NCBI GenBank assembly: GCA_036479435.1
Contig: JAZGFI010000198.1
Location: 1 to 53,822, forward strand
DNA from: Planctomycetota bacterium
GTDB lineage: Bacteria; Planctomycetota; GCA-002687715; DRQF01
Length of the DNA: 53,822 nt
Direction of reading: 5' to 3'
This document shows positions 52,016 through 53,822 of the stretch, one piece after another. Position 1 is the first letter of the stretch; each line of letters opens with the position of its first letter. Position numbers and translations under genes: made by a program. The notes beneath the pieces were generated by a model. That model did not search any database, was not told the DNA's origin, and saw nothing but the letters and a program-made list of their open reading frames with translations.

Positions 52016-53050
52016 ATGCAAAGTTCGTCCCGGCCCTGGCTATGCGCCATCCACCTTGTCGTATTTTTGGCCACCGTCTTGGCCGCATTCCTCAGTAGTG
52101 GCTGTTCTACGGGCGATAACGGCAGACCTTCGCAGGCGTCACGCGGTGCCGGTGGTGGCCTGTGGCAGGATCTCGACGATTCGCGTTCGCGAAAAGAAAA
52201 CCGCGTCCGGCGAAGCCGCGAGAAACGCAAGGCCCTCGACGCGCAGATCGCCAGAGGGCGCGCTCAGGTTCCGGCGGCCACGCGCAACAAAATGGAAGTC
52301 TGGTGGAAGCAGTTTCTTGCGCAAAAGCCCGCTTGGGAGCGTTCCCGCCGTCAATGGCACGCCCTGGGACCAAGGGCCAAGGACATTCTGGTCGAGAACC
52401 TACTCATCGTGGTGGTGCGTGCCTACGAGGGCAATCAAGGCATTCTTTACAAGCGCGCCCGCGCGGAATTGTTCGAAATCAAGAAGTCGGCGTTGCCCTA
52501 CCTCGTCGCTGGTCTCTCAGGCACTTACGGCGACGACGTCATCCGCAAGCACTGCATTCAGATGCTGAGCGACATTGGCCGCGAGTCGGTGGCGCCGATT
52601 CGACGAGCCTACGACGATGCCGATGATCGCGGTCGGATAGACTTGCTGAAGGCTGTCTCCGCAATGGGCGAGCATGGGGCTCCGGAATCTGTCGAAATGC
52701 TCGCGGGTCCCGCCCGCAACGGCGGTGACTTCAAGGTCCGCTTGGTGGCGATCGAAGGCCTCGGTGCCAGCCGCCACAAAGCGGCGGTGCCGGTCTTGCT
52801 CGATTGCTTGAAGGACTCGGATGTGTCGGTACGCAAGTTTGCTGCCGCAGGTCTTTCGAACTACCGGCAGCCTCGAGTGGCCAGTGCCTTGATCGCCGCG
52901 ATGGCCCGGGCCGAACGCGCCCGCGGTGCCGGCAATCGCGAGCAAGACGTGGTGACAAACTGCCGAAGGTCCTTGCGACGTTTGACCGGTAAAGGCTGGA
53001 AGACCTCCCGAGATTGGAGTGCTTGGTGGAAAACACAAAGACAGTCATGA
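52016..53050 (+). CDS. HEAT/PBS-repeat protein, probable lipoprotein
   Basis: Hydrophobic segment plus 'SSGC' lipobox; HEAT-like 'VRLVAIEGLG', 'AVPVLLDCLKDSDVSVRKFAAAGL'; start assigned to ATG 52016. Confidence 0.75.
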   Translation: MQSSSRPWLCAIHLVVFLATVLAAFLSSGCSTGDNGRPSQASRGAGGGLWQDLDDSRSRKENRVRRSREKRKALDAQIARGRAQVPAATRNKMEVWWKQFLAQKPAWERSRRQWHALGPRAKDILVENLLIVVVRAYEGNQGILYKRARAELFEIKKSALPYLVAGLSGTYGDDVIRKHCIQMLSDIGRESVAPIRRAYDDADDRGRIDLLKAVSAMGEHGAPESVEMLAGPARNGGDFKVRLVAIEGLGASRHKAAVPVLLDCLKDSDVSVRKFAAAGLSNYRQPRVASALIAAMARAERARGAGNREQDVVTNCRRSLRRLTGKGWKTSRDWSAWWKTQRQS

Positions 53051-53691
53051 CCGACAACGAAGCCGCCGCGCCCAACGAAAACGCCAACCCTCGCAACAAG
53101 GCGAGTGCGCCGAGTTCTCAGGGCAAGGCGGAAACGCCGAGTTCTGCTAGCAGTGCGGACACGCCAGCTTCCTTTCGCCCCAAGTCCGCCGGTGATTGGG
53201 ACGGTCAAGTGCGCAAGGTCGGTGCCGTCTGCGCCGAAACCGGCAAAGAGCTGGTCGCTGGCGACGAGTTCGTCAGCCTGTTGCGCTTCGGCGACGAAGG
53301 AATCGAACGCACCGATCTTTGCGTCGAGGCCTACGAGGCTAAGGAGCACAGCGACTACTTCGCCTACTGGCGCTCGCACGTGGCGGCTCCCGACAGTGGC
53401 AAACCGCGCCCCCTCGATCTCAACTTCCTCACCGAATTCTTCCGCCGCCTCCAAGCCGAAGGCGAGCCCGTCGAGCAACGCGAAGTCGCCTACATCGTCA
53501 CCCTCCTCTTGGTGCGCCGCAAGATCCTCACCATCATCCGCACTGAAGACGAAGAGGGCGAACAAGAGTTCATGATCTTGCGCTTCACCAAGTCCGAAGA
53601 AGACGAAGAATTCCGCGTCTCCGTCCCCGAGCTCTCCGAAGAAAAAATGGAAGCCATCCGCGACGACCTCAGCCGCATCTTCAACATCTGA
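53047..53691 (+). CDS. Hypothetical protein
   Basis: ATGA overlap with the HEAT gene; GC3-rich coding pattern; 'CAETGKEL..GD.F.S.L', 'YIVTLLLVRRK'. Confidence 0.75.
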   Translation: MTDNEAAAPNENANPRNKASAPSSQGKAETPSSASSADTPASFRPKSAGDWDGQVRKVGAVCAETGKELVAGDEFVSLLRFGDEGIERTDLCVEAYEAKEHSDYFAYWRSHVAAPDSGKPRPLDLNFLTEFFRRLQAEGEPVEQREVAYIVTLLLVRRKILTIIRTEDEEGEQEFMILRFTKSEEDEEFRVSVPELSEEKMEAIRDDLSRIFNI

Positions 53692-53790
53692 CTACACGGT
53701 GCCAGATGAGATGAGAGGGCCGGCCTCCGTCGTCGAGCTCACCTAAAATGGGGCTCAGTGTTTTTCTCAAAACAAAAACGGAGACCGGCC

Positions 53791-53822
53791 ATGAGTAACG
53801 ATAGCGAATTTGTAATGGGCGT
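53791..53822 (+). CDS. Possible start of a downstream CDS, truncated by the window end (MSNDSEFVMG...)
   Basis: ATG preceded by GGAG; open to the window edge. Confidence 0.35.
   Translation, partial: MSNDSEFVMG

Noticed and set aside
51656..52568. ORFs 51656-51937 (-) and 51672-52568 (+)
   Set aside because: They cross the divergent dnaE promoter region, have no motifs, and the longer one overlaps the better-supported HEAT gene

Overview
About 54 kb of chromosome from a GC-rich bacterium, most likely Planctomycetota. This is inferred from the RpoB '[23 protein letters not shown]' rifampicin-region signature, the RpoA start 'MRIRWRNLELP', S12 'RVRDLPG' and the absence of rpmD. Most of the window is the core transcription/translation supercluster, in this order: Smr-less mutS2; tRNA-Thr/Tyr/Thr and tuf; secE-nusG-rplKAJL-rpoBC; rpsL-rpsG-fusA; the S10 and spc operons; secY-adk-rpmJ; the alpha operon. 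Several genes usually found here are absent: tRNA-Gly, tRNA-Trp, rpmG, rpsN, rpmD, map and infA. The rpsN slot is filled exactly by an unannotated 40-codon ORF with translational-coupling geometry. The str-operon EF-G has a degenerate domain IV tip and sits behind a terminator-like hairpin. A four-gene insert splits rpoC from rpsL: a GspG-like prepilin, a patatin lipoprotein, a pseudo-receiver protein and a GspE/PilB ATPase with a broken His box. After the alpha operon come a DprE2/DprE1-like pair, a Zn-ribbon protein and three tandem secreted GSDH-type beta-propeller paralogs. The paralogs share a Gln at +1 and a conserved C-terminal domain ending in Phe, a candidate sorting signal. The window ends with dnaE, a HEAT-repeat lipoprotein and a hypothetical gene. 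No CRISPR array, rRNA, intein or transposase was seen. All calls come from reading motifs by eye; no searches were run.
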